Assembly (NCBI GenBank): GCA_963771135.1
Contig: CAVYSC010000002.1
Location: 800,685-864,684, forward strand
Source of the DNA: an uncultured Acidobacteriaceae bacterium
Lineage (GTDB): Bacteria; Acidobacteriota; Terriglobia; Terriglobales; Acidobacteriaceae
Reading direction: 5' to 3'
Length of the DNA: 64,000 bases
In this document: piece by piece, positions 1-8,453 of the stretch
Layout of the letters: each line of letters begins with the position of its first letter
Numbering within the stretch: position 1 is the stretch's first letter
Notes under the pieces: generated by a model
Told to the model about the DNA's origin: nothing
Databases searched by the model: none
Seen by the model: only the letters and a program-made list of their open reading frames with translations
Made by a program: the position numbers and the translations under genes

Positions 1-180
1 CGAAGGAGGAGCCACCGCTGCCGGCGCCTGCGTCGCCGCGCTCCTCGCCGCCATCGCTCGCGCCTCATCGTCGGCGTTCGGAAAAATCCCCCGGCTCGCC
101 AGCACACTCTCCAGCCGGGTCACTCGCGCGCGCAGCTCCGCGACCTCTCGTTCCACGCTGCCGGATTCATTCGGGCCCAT
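1..180 (-). CDS. hypothetical protein, N-terminal part (continues beyond window start)
   Basis: Reverse strand is open from ATG (178-180) to position 1: MGPNESGSVEREVAELRARVTRLESVLASRGIFPNADDEA... Absent from the ORF track because no stop lies in the window. No family recognised. Confidence 0.3.
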   Translation of the reverse strand, partial: MGPNESGSVEREVAELRARVTRLESVLASRGIFPNADDEARAMAARSAATQAPAAVAPPS

Positions 181-266
181 GGCAGCCCCACTGTACACCC
201 GATACCTCGAAAGTGGGAGCGTCTCGACTCGTCCGCCCCTTACCTCCGGGTAAAATCGAAATCGCC

Positions 267-989
267 ATGGATTCTGGCCGCTCTCCAGCCACGCGGCACA
301 TCCTCGCCATCGACGACGACCCCATCAGCCTGTCCATCGCCGCCATTCTGCTCGAATCCGACGGATGGACCGTCCTCCAGGCTTCGGGCGGTCACGAGGC
401 CCTCCAGCTCCTTGCCGATTGCGCCCACGCGCCCGACTGCATCCTCGCCGATCTCCGCATGCCTGGCCTGGCCGGCCCCGAGCTCGCCCGCCATCTCCGC
501 AGTGCCGTGCCCGGTGCGCGACTCTTCGCCATGTCCGCCACGCCGCCGCCCGCCGTCGATGGCTTCGACGGCGTCCTCTCCAAGCCCCTGGTCCTGGAAG
601 CCCTCCGCTCCGCGCTCGCGCAGCAGTCGCCGGCCGCCCCCGCAGCCGACTCCGCCGCCGATCCCGACGCCGCCATTGACGCCGCCGTCTTCGACCGCCT
701 CTCGCTCGCCATGTCGTCCGCTGCGCTCCGCCAGGTCATCATCGTTTTCCTCCAGGATGCCGCCGCGCGCCTCGCCGTCATGCGCCGCGCCGACCCCGCC
801 ACCATCCGCCGCGAGGCCCACACCATCAAGGGCGGAGCCGCCATGATCGGCGCCCGCCAGGTCGCCCAGGCCGCCGCTACCCTCGAGTCCGGTATTGACC
901 ACGAAGGTGAGCGCTCCCGCAAACTTGACGAAATCGAGGCCCATTGCCGCCGCGCAGAGGTTATATTGTTGCAAAGGCTGAAACTATGA
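267..989 (+). CDS. response regulator receiver domain fused to a C-terminal Hpt phosphotransfer domain
   Basis: ORF 213..989. REC signature ILAIDDDPISL...ILADLRMPGLAG...SKP. C-terminal Hpt motif HTIKGGAAMIGA. ATG at 267 preferred over the GTG at 213. Confidence 0.8.
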   Translation: MDSGRSPATRHILAIDDDPISLSIAAILLESDGWTVLQASGGHEALQLLADCAHAPDCILADLRMPGLAGPELARHLRSAVPGARLFAMSATPPPAVDGFDGVLSKPLVLEALRSALAQQSPAAPAADSAADPDAAIDAAVFDRLSLAMSSAALRQVIIVFLQDAAARLAVMRRADPATIRREAHTIKGGAAMIGARQVAQAAATLESGIDHEGERSRKLDEIEAHCRRAEVILLQRLKL

Positions 990-1696
990 CCGCTCCGGCT
1001 CGGCCAACTCCTCCTCGTCCCACGCGTCCAGGCTCCGCACCCATTCGCATTGTCATCGCCGACGACCATCCTGTGGTCCGCATCGGCGTCCGCAACATGC
1101 TCCAGTCCGACCGCGGCCTCGAAGTCGTCGGCGACTGCAGCGACGGCGATGAGGCCATCACTCAAACTCTCGAGCTGCTGCCCGACATTCTTCTGCTCGA
1201 TCTCTACATGCCGCGCCTGCCCGGCCTTGAGGCTATGCGCGCCATCATGAACAGCTCGCCCTCGGTCAAGATCATTCTGCTCACCGCCACCATCACCACC
1301 CAGCAGATCATCGAGGCTCTCCAGATCGGCGCTCGCGGCATCGTCCTCAAGGACGCCCTCGCCGGCGATCTCAACACCGCCATCCGCGCCGTGGTCGGCG
1401 GCGATTACTGGATTGGCGGACGCCGCGTCGTCAACCTGGTCGGCGCCCTCCACGAGCTCATGCAGCAGGCGGCCGTTCCCGAGCGCAAAACCTTCGGCCT
1501 CACCCCGCGCGAGATGGAAGTAGTCGGCTGCATCGTGGAAGGCTGCTCCAACCGCGACATCGCGAAGCAGTTCACCCTCAGCGAAGAGACGGTAAAGCGT
1601 CACCTCTCCAACATCTTTGACAAAACCGGCGTTTCCACCCGTCTCGAACTGGCCATGTTCGCCATCGCCCACCACCTCGTTACGCCCGAGAAATAA
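986..1696 (+). CDS. NarL/FixJ-family response regulator (REC + LuxR-type HTH)
   Basis: IRIVIADDHPVVR..LLLDLYMPRLPG (REC) and LTPREMEVVGCIVEGCSNRDIAKQFTLSEETVKRHLSNIFDKTGV (LuxR HTH). ATG 986 overlaps the upstream TGA (ATGA at 986-989). Confidence 0.9.
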   Translation: MTAPARPTPPRPTRPGSAPIRIVIADDHPVVRIGVRNMLQSDRGLEVVGDCSDGDEAITQTLELLPDILLLDLYMPRLPGLEAMRAIMNSSPSVKIILLTATITTQQIIEALQIGARGIVLKDALAGDLNTAIRAVVGGDYWIGGRRVVNLVGALHELMQQAAVPERKTFGLTPREMEVVGCIVEGCSNRDIAKQFTLSEETVKRHLSNIFDKTGVSTRLELAMFAIAHHLVTPEK

Positions 1697-1718
1697 AAAA
1701 GCGGAGGCCGGCCTCTCC
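1694..1718 (-). terminator. weak candidate intrinsic terminator after the DUF378 gene
   Basis: Palindrome gaggccggcctc (1704-1715) followed on the minus strand by gcttttttattt. The stem is only 4-5 bp once a loop is allowed. Confidence 0.35.
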
Positions 1719-1740
1719 AACCAGCCCCCGCGGAGCAAAC

Positions 1741-1968
1741 TCAGTGGCTCGACGTTGTCCTCGCCGGATGCCACCGATGCTGCATTTGCTTCCAGCTGAC
1801 GACCTGATACAGCGCCGCCAACCCCACCAGCACATAGACCAGCCGGCTCACCGCCGAGAACTGCCCCAGAATGCTGGCCACCAGATCGAAGTGAAACCCT
1901 CCGAACAGACCCCAGTTCAGTCCGCCGACAATCACCAGAATTGCTGCCAGAACATCCACCGCTTTCAT
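1741..1968 (-). CDS. DUF378-family small membrane protein
   Basis: MKAVDVLAAILVIVGGLNWGLFGGFHFDLVASILG...LVGLAALY, the typical two-TM DUF378 pattern. ATG at 1968 inside ORF 1741..1986. Confidence 0.75.
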   Translation of the reverse strand: MKAVDVLAAILVIVGGLNWGLFGGFHFDLVASILGQFSAVSRLVYVLVGLAALYQVVSWKQMQHRWHPARTTSSH

Positions 1969-2007
1969 ATCGCTTTCCTCTCTCAACAGATTTGAGTTTC
2001 CCCGTGC

Positions 2008-2493
2008 TTACCGGCTGGGCGGCATCAGCACCTGGTCGATCGCGTGAATCACGCCGTTCGACGCGCCCACGTTCGCCTGAATCACCTGTGCGTTATCCAC
2101 CATCACCTTTCCGCCGGAGACCGTGAACAGCACCTTGGCCCCTTCCAGAGTCTCTGCGGAATGCATGTGCTCCACCGCCTTCGCATCCAGCCGCCCCGCT
2201 ACCACGTGATACAGCAGGATCGACCGCAGTTTGTCCCGGTTCTCCGGCTTCAGCAGCATCTCCAGCGTCCCCGGCGGCAGCTTGGCAAACGCCGCATTGG
2301 TAGGCGCAAATACCGTGTATGGTCCCTTGCCCTCCAGCGCGCCCGTCAGTCCCGCCGCCTGCAGCGCCTGCGTCAGCGTGCTGAACGAGCTGTTCGCAGC
2401 CGCCGTCTGCGCAATGTCCATGGGCGCAGCCGCTGTCGCCACGCCGCTCACCAGTCCCAGCGTCAGAGCCAGGATTCCGAATCTCTTCAACAT
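2008..2493 (-). CDS. fasciclin (FAS1) domain protein, secreted
   Basis: Signal peptide MLKRFGILALTLGLVSGVATAAA, then the FAS1 motifs YTVFAPTNAAFAKLP and LLYHVV. Confidence 0.85.
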   Translation of the reverse strand: MLKRFGILALTLGLVSGVATAAAPMDIAQTAAANSSFSTLTQALQAAGLTGALEGKGPYTVFAPTNAAFAKLPPGTLEMLLKPENRDKLRSILLYHVVAGRLDAKAVEHMHSAETLEGAKVLFTVSGGKVMVDNAQVIQANVGASNGVIHAIDQVLMPPSR

Positions 2494-2537
2494 GCAGTTT
2501 CCTCCGCGAACGGGCGCTTCCTGCGCCCGTCCTGCTA

Positions 2538-3242
2538 TTGACAGTAAAGAAAAAATACTTGAGTGTGGGGCAAGAGAGCTCCGCGGCGTCGGTTGACTTG
2601 CTCACCGCGAAAAAACGAGGCAGAAACTTGAAGCAGAAGAAATCCGCTGTCCCCGACGTCATCGAGGAGTCCATTCGGCCCTACGCCATCGCCGAGAAAC
2701 TCCGCACTTTGCGCCTCCGCAAAAGCATGGGGCTGGCCCAGCTCGCGCAGCACACCGGCCTCTCGCCGGCCATGCTCTCCCGCCTTGAAAACGCCCGCCT
2801 TGTGCCCACCCTGCCCACCCTCGTGCGCATTGCCCTCGTCTTCGATGTGGGCCTGGACTATTTCTTTACCGATCCCCGCAAGCGCCACGTGGTGGCAGTG
2901 GCCCGCCGCCAGGAGCGCCGGAAATTTCCTGCCGATCCCAAAAGCCCGAGTGTCCCCTGGCATTTTGAGAGTCTTGATTTTCGCGCCCGCGAGCGCCACT
3001 TCAACGGCTATCTCGCCCATTTCCACGCCGCGCCCGCTGCCCGCGTCACGCCTCATTTCCATCCCGGAGCCGAGCTGCTCTATCTCATCGAGGGCGAGCT
3101 TGAGCTCTCCATCGGGACCGAAACAATTCGCCTTTCCGCCGGCGACTCCATCTATTTCGATTCCATCCAGAAGCACGCTTACCGCAGCGTGGGCGACGGA
3201 ACCTGCACGGCGGTCGTGATCACCACCAGGCAGCCTTCCTGA
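2538..3242 (+). CDS. XRE-family HTH regulator with C-terminal cupin domain
   Basis: HTH LRLRKSMGLAQLAQHTGLSPAMLSRLENA and cupin HFHPGAELLYLIEGELELSIG...SIYFDSIQKHAY. The true start is uncertain (TTG/GTG candidates between 2538 and 2630; no ATG). Confidence 0.8.
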   Translation: MTVKKKYLSVGQESSAASVDLLTAKKRGRNLKQKKSAVPDVIEESIRPYAIAEKLRTLRLRKSMGLAQLAQHTGLSPAMLSRLENARLVPTLPTLVRIALVFDVGLDYFFTDPRKRHVVAVARRQERRKFPADPKSPSVPWHFESLDFRARERHFNGYLAHFHAAPAARVTPHFHPGAELLYLIEGELELSIGTETIRLSAGDSIYFDSIQKHAYRSVGDGTCTAVVITTRQPS

Positions 3243-3315
3243 CCCCCGCCCCTGTGATTCGCGTCACAGAGCCTTCCTTTTGCTTCCCCGTATCGTCCAA
3301 TCAGGTGCGATCGTG

Positions 3316-3424
3316 GAACTGGTCTCATAAAAGCGTCGTACCGCCCACGGCTGGAATGCGACCCGCCTCCAAAGCGGGTCGCAGAATCTGGACCGAAGTG
3401 GCGATTCCTATATGAGACCAGTTC
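3316..3424 (+). other. 109-nt structured element in the leader of the flavoprotein reductase gene (candidate cis-regulatory RNA or MITE-like insert)
   Basis: Perfect 14-bp closing stem gaactggtctcata (3316-3329) / tatgagaccagttc (3411-3424). It encloses a perfect 9-bp hairpin gcgacccgc-ctccaaa-gcgggtcgc (3358-3382). Confidence 0.3.
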
Positions 3425-3465
3425 TAGTAACCTGACAGGTCGTGCCGCCCAGGGGACAGCACAGG

Positions 3466-4626
3466 ATGCAGACCGAGGCAACCGAAACTCTCGAATCCAC
3501 CGTTTACGATCGCAAGCACCCGTATCCGGCCACCGTTCTCGACAATCATCTCCTCACCGGCTCCGGCTCCGAAAAAGAAACCCGCCACATCGAGCTCTCT
3601 CTCGGCGACTCCGGCATTACGTATCTCCCCGGCGATTCCGCCGGCATCCTTCCCACCAATCCCTGTGCCATGGTTGAGGAGGTCCTTCGCCGCCTCTCCT
3701 TCACCGGCGACGAGCCCGTGAAAGATTTCTACGGCGAGCTCACCGATCTCCGCGCCGCGCTCACTTCCTGGCTCATGATCGGCAAGCTTTCCGGCACCAC
3801 GGTCCGCTCCTGGGCCTCGCTCACGGAACACCCTGAGCTCGCCGAGCTCCTCCAGCCCGGCAACAAAGACAAGCTCGACGCTTACCTCTGGGGCCGCGAA
3901 TTTCTCGATCTCGTCGAGCACGCTCCCGCCAAAATCCAGGATCCGCAGCAGCTCTTCAAGCTCCTGCCGCGTCTCGCCCCGCGCCTCTATTCCGTCTCGT
4001 CGAGTCAGGCCCTTCGTCGCGACTCCGTCGACCTCACCGTCCGCATCGTGCGCTACCAGAGCCTGGGCCGCGCCCGTCTCGGCGTCTGCTCCGGCCAGTT
4101 GGGCGAGCGCAGCCCCGCCGGCTGCAAACTGCCCGTCTTCATTCATTCGAACAAGCTCTTCCGCCTGCCCGAAGATCCCGACGTGCCCGTCATCATGGTT
4201 GGCCCCGGCACCGGCGTTGCGCCCTTCCGCGCCTACCTCCAGCACAAGCAGGCCTCGCTCGGCCGCTGGCCCATGTGGCTCTTCTTCGGCGATCAGCGCT
4301 ACGCGCAGGACTTCCTCTACCGGGATGAGTTCGAAGCCTGGGTCGCCGACGGCACGCTCAACCGCCTCGACACCGCCTTCTCCCGCGATCAGGCCTTCAA
4401 AATTTACGTGCAGGATCGCATCCGCGAGCAATCCGCCGAACTGTGGCGCTGGCTCGACCAGGGCGCGTACTTCTACGTCTGCGGAGACTCCCAGCGCATG
4501 GCTCCCGATGTCGAAAAGGCGCTGCTCGACGCTGTCGCCACGCACAGCGGCCGCGGCCCCGAATACGCCCAGGAATTCCTCGCCGCGATGAAGAAGCAAA
4601 AACGCTACCTCCGCGACGTGTACTAA
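3466..4626 (+). CDS. CysJ/NADPH-P450-reductase-like flavoprotein (FAD/NADPH-binding module only)
   Basis: RLYSVSSS (FAD), MVGPGTGVAPFRAYL (NADPH), YFYVCGDSQRMAPDVEKAL, C-terminal YLRDVY. No flavodoxin domain. ATG 3466 inside ORF 3442..4626. Confidence 0.85.
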   Translation: MQTEATETLESTVYDRKHPYPATVLDNHLLTGSGSEKETRHIELSLGDSGITYLPGDSAGILPTNPCAMVEEVLRRLSFTGDEPVKDFYGELTDLRAALTSWLMIGKLSGTTVRSWASLTEHPELAELLQPGNKDKLDAYLWGREFLDLVEHAPAKIQDPQQLFKLLPRLAPRLYSVSSSQALRRDSVDLTVRIVRYQSLGRARLGVCSGQLGERSPAGCKLPVFIHSNKLFRLPEDPDVPVIMVGPGTGVAPFRAYLQHKQASLGRWPMWLFFGDQRYAQDFLYRDEFEAWVADGTLNRLDTAFSRDQAFKIYVQDRIREQSAELWRWLDQGAYFYVCGDSQRMAPDVEKALLDAVATHSGRGPEYAQEFLAAMKKQKRYLRDVY

Positions 4627-4760
4627 GAGATGTGGTTGTCATCCGGAGCGAAGAGATGTAGTTGTCATCCTGAGCGAAGTTCGCCGCTCGCAGAGCGGCG
4701 AACGAGTCGAAGGACCTGCATTTCAATCGGCAGGGTGCCCCACCTTGCCGCGGTCCCCGG
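4627..4760. repeat. composite intergenic repeat: 2 x 26-bp tandem, 10-bp hairpin, REP half-site
   Basis: gagatgtGgttgtcatccGgagcgaa (4627-4652) / gagatgtAgttgtcatccTgagcgaa (4653-4678). Hairpin ttcgccgctc-gca-gagcggcgaa (4680-4702). Then cgaaggacctgcatttc and gggtgccccacc (4733-). Related copy at 17726-17802. Confidence 0.6.
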
Positions 4761-4774
4761 CGTTAGCGTAATGC

Positions 4775-4802
4775 CTGACCACTGATCACCGGCTACTCCC
4801 CT
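4775..4802. repeat. heptanucleotide tandem array
   Basis: ctgacca ctgatca ccggcta ctcccct. Abuts the stop codon of the TonB-like gene. Confidence 0.55.
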
Positions 4803-5560
4803 CAATACAGCCTGAAATTCATCTCGATGGTGATTCGCTCCGCCACCGGTTTCCCGTCGCGCGTAGTCGCCGGCGAGAACCGGTACTGGCCCACGCACGC
4901 CACCGCCTTTTCGTCGAGCCCATGTCCAAGGGACTTTTCTACGCGGATGTCGGTCGGCATCCCCTGTTCATCCACCACCGTCGAGACGATCACCACGCCC
5001 TGAACCCTCTTCCTTCTCGCCTGCTCGGAATACTCCGGGTCGGGCGCATAGAGGATTCGAGGAGGCCGCACTCCGGCATGCGCCATGAAACCCATGTCCC
5101 CGCCGCTCGGGCAGGGCCACAGACTCGGAATCGACTCAGGAATCCCGAAAAATGGCACCCGCACGCAGACCAGCACCGGCACGGGCTTGCCGTTCAGCGT
5201 TCCGGCCTCGAATTTCGACGACTTCACCGCGGCAATCGCAGCATCTTCCAGAGCTTCGAGCCGTGAGCTGAACGCCGCAACATCCTTCACCGTCCCATCG
5301 GCCCCAATCACCGCGGTCATGCGGACCATGAGCAGATGATCCGCGTGGATGTTCGCGGGAGGATTGGCTTGCGCCGCCTCCACAATCCTGGGCGAAACCA
5401 CGCCCCCCTCCACGCGATACACGCCGTCCTGATCCGGCGTAGGCGCCGCAGTTTGTGCCGTTCCGCTCGCCGGTGCCGCCGGATTCTGCTGCGCGCCCGC
5501 GCCCGCCGCGGCAATTGCCAGAAAAGCCACGACCCACCGCACTTTCTCGATGCGTCTCAT
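4802..5560 (-). CDS. TonB C-terminal domain protein (energy transducer TonB family)
   Basis: C-terminal YSEQARRKRVQGVVIVSTVVDEQGMPTDIRVEKSLGHGLDEKAVACVGQYRFSPAT, plus an upstream second TonB_C-like segment. ATG 5560 is preceded by GGAGGAAGAA. Confidence 0.8.
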   Translation of the reverse strand: MRRIEKVRWVVAFLAIAAAGAGAQQNPAAPASGTAQTAAPTPDQDGVYRVEGGVVSPRIVEAAQANPPANIHADHLLMVRMTAVIGADGTVKDVAAFSSRLEALEDAAIAAVKSSKFEAGTLNGKPVPVLVCVRVPFFGIPESIPSLWPCPSGGDMGFMAHAGVRPPRILYAPDPEYSEQARRKRVQGVVIVSTVVDEQGMPTDIRVEKSLGHGLDEKAVACVGQYRFSPATTRDGKPVAERITIEMNFRLY

Positions 5561-5624
5561 TTCTTCCTCCGCAGACAACTGAAGCCCCGGCTACCTTCGC
5601 GCGCGCTCACCGGCAGCGCAATGT

Positions 5625-5687
5625 CTGATCACTGACTACTGATCACTGACAACTGACAACTAACAACTGACAACTGTCTACTGTCCC
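5625..5687. repeat. heptanucleotide tandem array (9 units)
   Basis: ctgatca ctgacta ctgatca ctgacaa ctgacaa ctaacaa ctgacaa ctgtcta ctgtccc. Spans the stop of the SpoIIE gene. Confidence 0.85.
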
Positions 5688-7852
5688 CCCCGATCCTCCT
5701 TCCGTCGTCCCGTCGTCACCGCTTCCGCCACAATCTCCTGCAACACGCGGAACTCCTCCCCGCCATCGGCCTCGCGCACCACCGTCAGCACCGTCACATC
5801 GTCGTCCTGCCCGAACCCCGCCGCCGCTGCGGCCACCGTTTCCGCATCCGGCTCCGCCGCCACCAGCGCCTGCACGCGCTCGAACCCGAACAGCTCGCCC
5901 TCCGCATTCCGCGCCTCCGGCAATCCGTCGGTATAGAGCGTCAACCGGTCCCCGGCGCGCATCCTGATCCGCGTCGTCGCATAATCCGCCGCGGCCACCA
6001 TCCCCAGGGGCAGCGCGCCCGGCAGCGTCACCTCTTCGCCGTTCAGCAGCGGAGCCAGATGTCCCGCGCTCGCCGCCACGCACTCCCCATGCGCTTCCAC
6101 CCGCACTGCCAGGCACGTTGCGAACCCGCCCTTCAGCCGCCCGTGCAGCCGCCGGTTCAAACCCTCCAGCAGCTTGGCCGGATCGCCGGTGGTCTCCGCC
6201 AGCGTGCGCACCGCGCCCACAATCAGCGCCACCGTCATCGCCGCCTTCAGCCCCTTGCCGCTCACGTCGCCCACCACGGCCAGCGTGCCGCCCTCCACCG
6301 GCAGGATCTGGAAGAAGTCTCCCCCCACCACCTGCGCCGGCCGGTATGCGCTCGACAGCCGATAGCCCGGCACCGCCGGCAGTTCCTCCGGCACCAGCAC
6401 CTGCTGCAACTCCTGCGCGTTCCGGAACTCCTCGTCCAGCAGATTCTGTTTCCGGCTCTGCTCCGCCTGATACCGCCAAACCGCGTACAGGATGGCCATC
6501 AACAGCAGCGTATCCGCCAACATGGCCGGAGTGAAGGTGATCCCCGCCACGACGAACACCGGCCGCCCGATCCAGGCTGCAGCCGTCCAATGCGTCCAGC
6601 GCGCACCGGCGCCGCCCCAGTCGCTCACCGCCTGAATCACGTTCACCAGCGTGGCGGCCATGGCCAGCAGCCAGCGCGACGCGTCCAGCCTGCGCCGCAG
6701 AGCAAATGCCACCAGCACCAGCACCCACGCCTCCACCAGCAGCGCGGGAATCGTCAGTCCGATATCCCACCTCAGAAAGACGTGCCCCGGCCAGGTGGTC
6801 CAGTGGAAGAGCTGCAGCGCGCCGTCGCCAAAATCGCCCGCCACGGCAATGCCAGCTGCCCACATCGTCCACCGCACCAGCCGCCGATCGTCGTGCAGGT
6901 TCAGCAGATACAGCAGCAGGAACCACAGCGAGACATCTTCCGCGCACACCACAAACGGAATCAACCCGTAGCTCCACTGGAAGCTCAGCAGTCCCGTCAA
7001 ATTAAACGGCAGCAGCAGCACCGCATGCGCCGTATAGAGCGCCAGCCACAACAGCATCCACTGCTTCCGGTCGCGCAGCCACGCCAGCAGCGCCAGCAGC
7101 GCCACGATGCCCTCCACCAGCGCAAGCCCCAGCCCGTACAGGCTGCCCTCGAGCCACATGGCGCTCTGCCGCCCCACCTTGTCGCCAATCGCCGCGGTGC
7201 TTCCCATCTCCAGCGTCGCCGGCAGCCCACCCACCTCCGGGCCGCTGAAGAAAACATACGGAGCCTTCCACACTCGAATCGCCAGCACGCCGGATTCCGG
7301 CCGCCCCAGCACCATCTGTCCCCGTCCGCACACAGGGCACAGGATCGCCACTCCCACCGGATAATCCGGCTCGTACCACACCGGATCCGGTGGCACCTTC
7401 CCATAACTCCCCACCAGCCGCCCGTTCCAGTACACCTCCGCCGCGTCCTCCACTGAGGGCAGCAGCAGCGCCAGCGTCCAGTCAGGATTGGCGCCCGCAT
7501 TCAGCACAATCTTCCGCCGATACCACCCAAAGCCCGTCAGGTTCCGGAATCCCTGCTCCTCCCACGACTTGCCTGTCTCAATGCGCGCCCATCCCGAATC
7601 GTCATACCCCGGCGCAGCCCACGCCAGATCATCGCCCGGATGAAACGCCCAGAGTCCGCCCACCGGAACCGCAGCCTTGCCCAGCTCGTTCGCCACCAGC
7701 GGCGCCGCGCCTCCGGCTGGCATGGCCGCCGCCGAAACGCCGCCGCCCGCAGGCCCATCCTGCGCTGCCAGCCTTGCCGGCGCGCAGGCAACCGCCAGCA
7801 GCGCCGCGACGCAGAGACACACGCTCCACATCCAGGGGGAATGTCTTTTCAT
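5678..7852 (-). CDS. membrane-bound PP2C/SpoIIE-family phosphatase with periplasmic sensor and multi-TM region
   Basis: C-terminal VGGDFFQILP...VVGDVSGKGLKAAM...TLYTDGLPEARN (SpoIIE). N-terminal signal peptide, a galactose-binding-like region, and about 7 TM helices. ATG 7852 (MKRHSPWMW). Confidence 0.85.
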   Translation of the reverse strand: MKRHSPWMWSVCLCVAALLAVACAPARLAAQDGPAGGGVSAAAMPAGGAAPLVANELGKAAVPVGGLWAFHPGDDLAWAAPGYDDSGWARIETGKSWEEQGFRNLTGFGWYRRKIVLNAGANPDWTLALLLPSVEDAAEVYWNGRLVGSYGKVPPDPVWYEPDYPVGVAILCPVCGRGQMVLGRPESGVLAIRVWKAPYVFFSGPEVGGLPATLEMGSTAAIGDKVGRQSAMWLEGSLYGLGLALVEGIVALLALLAWLRDRKQWMLLWLALYTAHAVLLLPFNLTGLLSFQWSYGLIPFVVCAEDVSLWFLLLYLLNLHDDRRLVRWTMWAAGIAVAGDFGDGALQLFHWTTWPGHVFLRWDIGLTIPALLVEAWVLVLVAFALRRRLDASRWLLAMAATLVNVIQAVSDWGGAGARWTHWTAAAWIGRPVFVVAGITFTPAMLADTLLLMAILYAVWRYQAEQSRKQNLLDEEFRNAQELQQVLVPEELPAVPGYRLSSAYRPAQVVGGDFFQILPVEGGTLAVVGDVSGKGLKAAMTVALIVGAVRTLAETTGDPAKLLEGLNRRLHGRLKGGFATCLAVRVEAHGECVAASAGHLAPLLNGEEVTLPGALPLGMVAAADYATTRIRMRAGDRLTLYTDGLPEARNAEGELFGFERVQALVAAEPDAETVAAAAAGFGQDDDVTVLTVVREADGGEEFRVLQEIVAEAVTTGRRKEDRGGQ

Positions 7853-7913
7853 GGTGTTGGAATCATAGCCGGATCGTCCCAATTTGGGCACCACAAATCC
7901 GCGCAATTCCGCG

Positions 7914-7991
7914 CAGACTACCCAGCTACCAGCTACCGGCTACGGGCTACCGGCTACCAGCTTCTGACTACGGACTACGGACTACTCCCCC
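7914..7991. repeat. heptanucleotide tandem array (11 units)
   Basis: cagacta cccagcta ccagcta ccggcta cgggcta ccggcta ccagctt ctgacta cggacta cggacta ctccccc. Lies in the divergent region between the SpoIIE and GntR genes. Confidence 0.85.
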
Positions 7992-8051
7992 ACGAAAAAC
8001 CTCTTGACAGATTCTCAAACCGTACTATTGTATTAGTACAGAGAACGAGAA

Positions 8052-8453
8052 ATGCTCTTCCGCGTCCATCCCGCTTCCGGCGTTCCCATCTACCTCCAGA
8101 TCGAGTCCCAGGTCCGCCATGCCGCCGCCGCCGGCGTGCTCCGCCACGACGATCAGCTTCCCTCCGTCCGCCGCCTCGCCGCTGAGCTCCGCGTCAATCC
8201 CAACACCGTCGCCCGCGCCTTTCAGAACCTCGAGCGCGACGGCGTCATCCGCACCGTGCCCGGTGGCGGCTGTTTCGTCAGCCAGCAATCGCCCGGCCTG
8301 CTCCGCGCGGAAAAAATTCGCCGCCTCAAGCCGCTGGCCACGCAGCTTGCCGTCGAAGCCAGCCAGCTTCGTTTTTCGCGCGAAGATACCCTTCGCCTGC
8401 TCGAACAATCCTTCAACGATCTCGGAGACAGCCATGACAGAACTCGTGGTTGA
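8052..8453 (+). CDS. GntR-family (YtrA-like) transcriptional regulator
   Basis: PIYLQIESQVRHAAAAGVLRHDDQLPSVRRLAAELRVNPNTVARAFQNLERDGVIRTVPGGGCFV. Confidence 0.9.
   Translation: MLFRVHPASGVPIYLQIESQVRHAAAAGVLRHDDQLPSVRRLAAELRVNPNTVARAFQNLERDGVIRTVPGGGCFVSQQSPGLLRAEKIRRLKPLATQLAVEASQLRFSREDTLRLLEQSFNDLGDSHDRTRG

Noticed and set aside
392-1774. 460-aa minus-strand ORF overlapping both response-regulator genes. Similar very long ORFs include 3424..4599(-), 5643..6977(-), 6059..7456(+), 11310..12515(+), 13490..14644(+), 15231..16484(+), 17292..18914(+), 22161..23519(-), 35027..36760(-), 37175..38755(-) and 40009..41907(-).
   Set aside because: All are antisense or out of frame to ORFs with clear family signatures. 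They are Arg/Pro/Ala/Gly-rich low-complexity translations, typical of stop-poor frames in high-G+C DNA.
2538-2566. TTGACA at 2538 as the -35 box of the XRE-cupin gene promoter.
   Set aside because: No acceptable -10 hexamer lies at 16-19 nt spacing, and the same TTG is the start of the tracked ORF. Promoter consensus for this lineage is not established.
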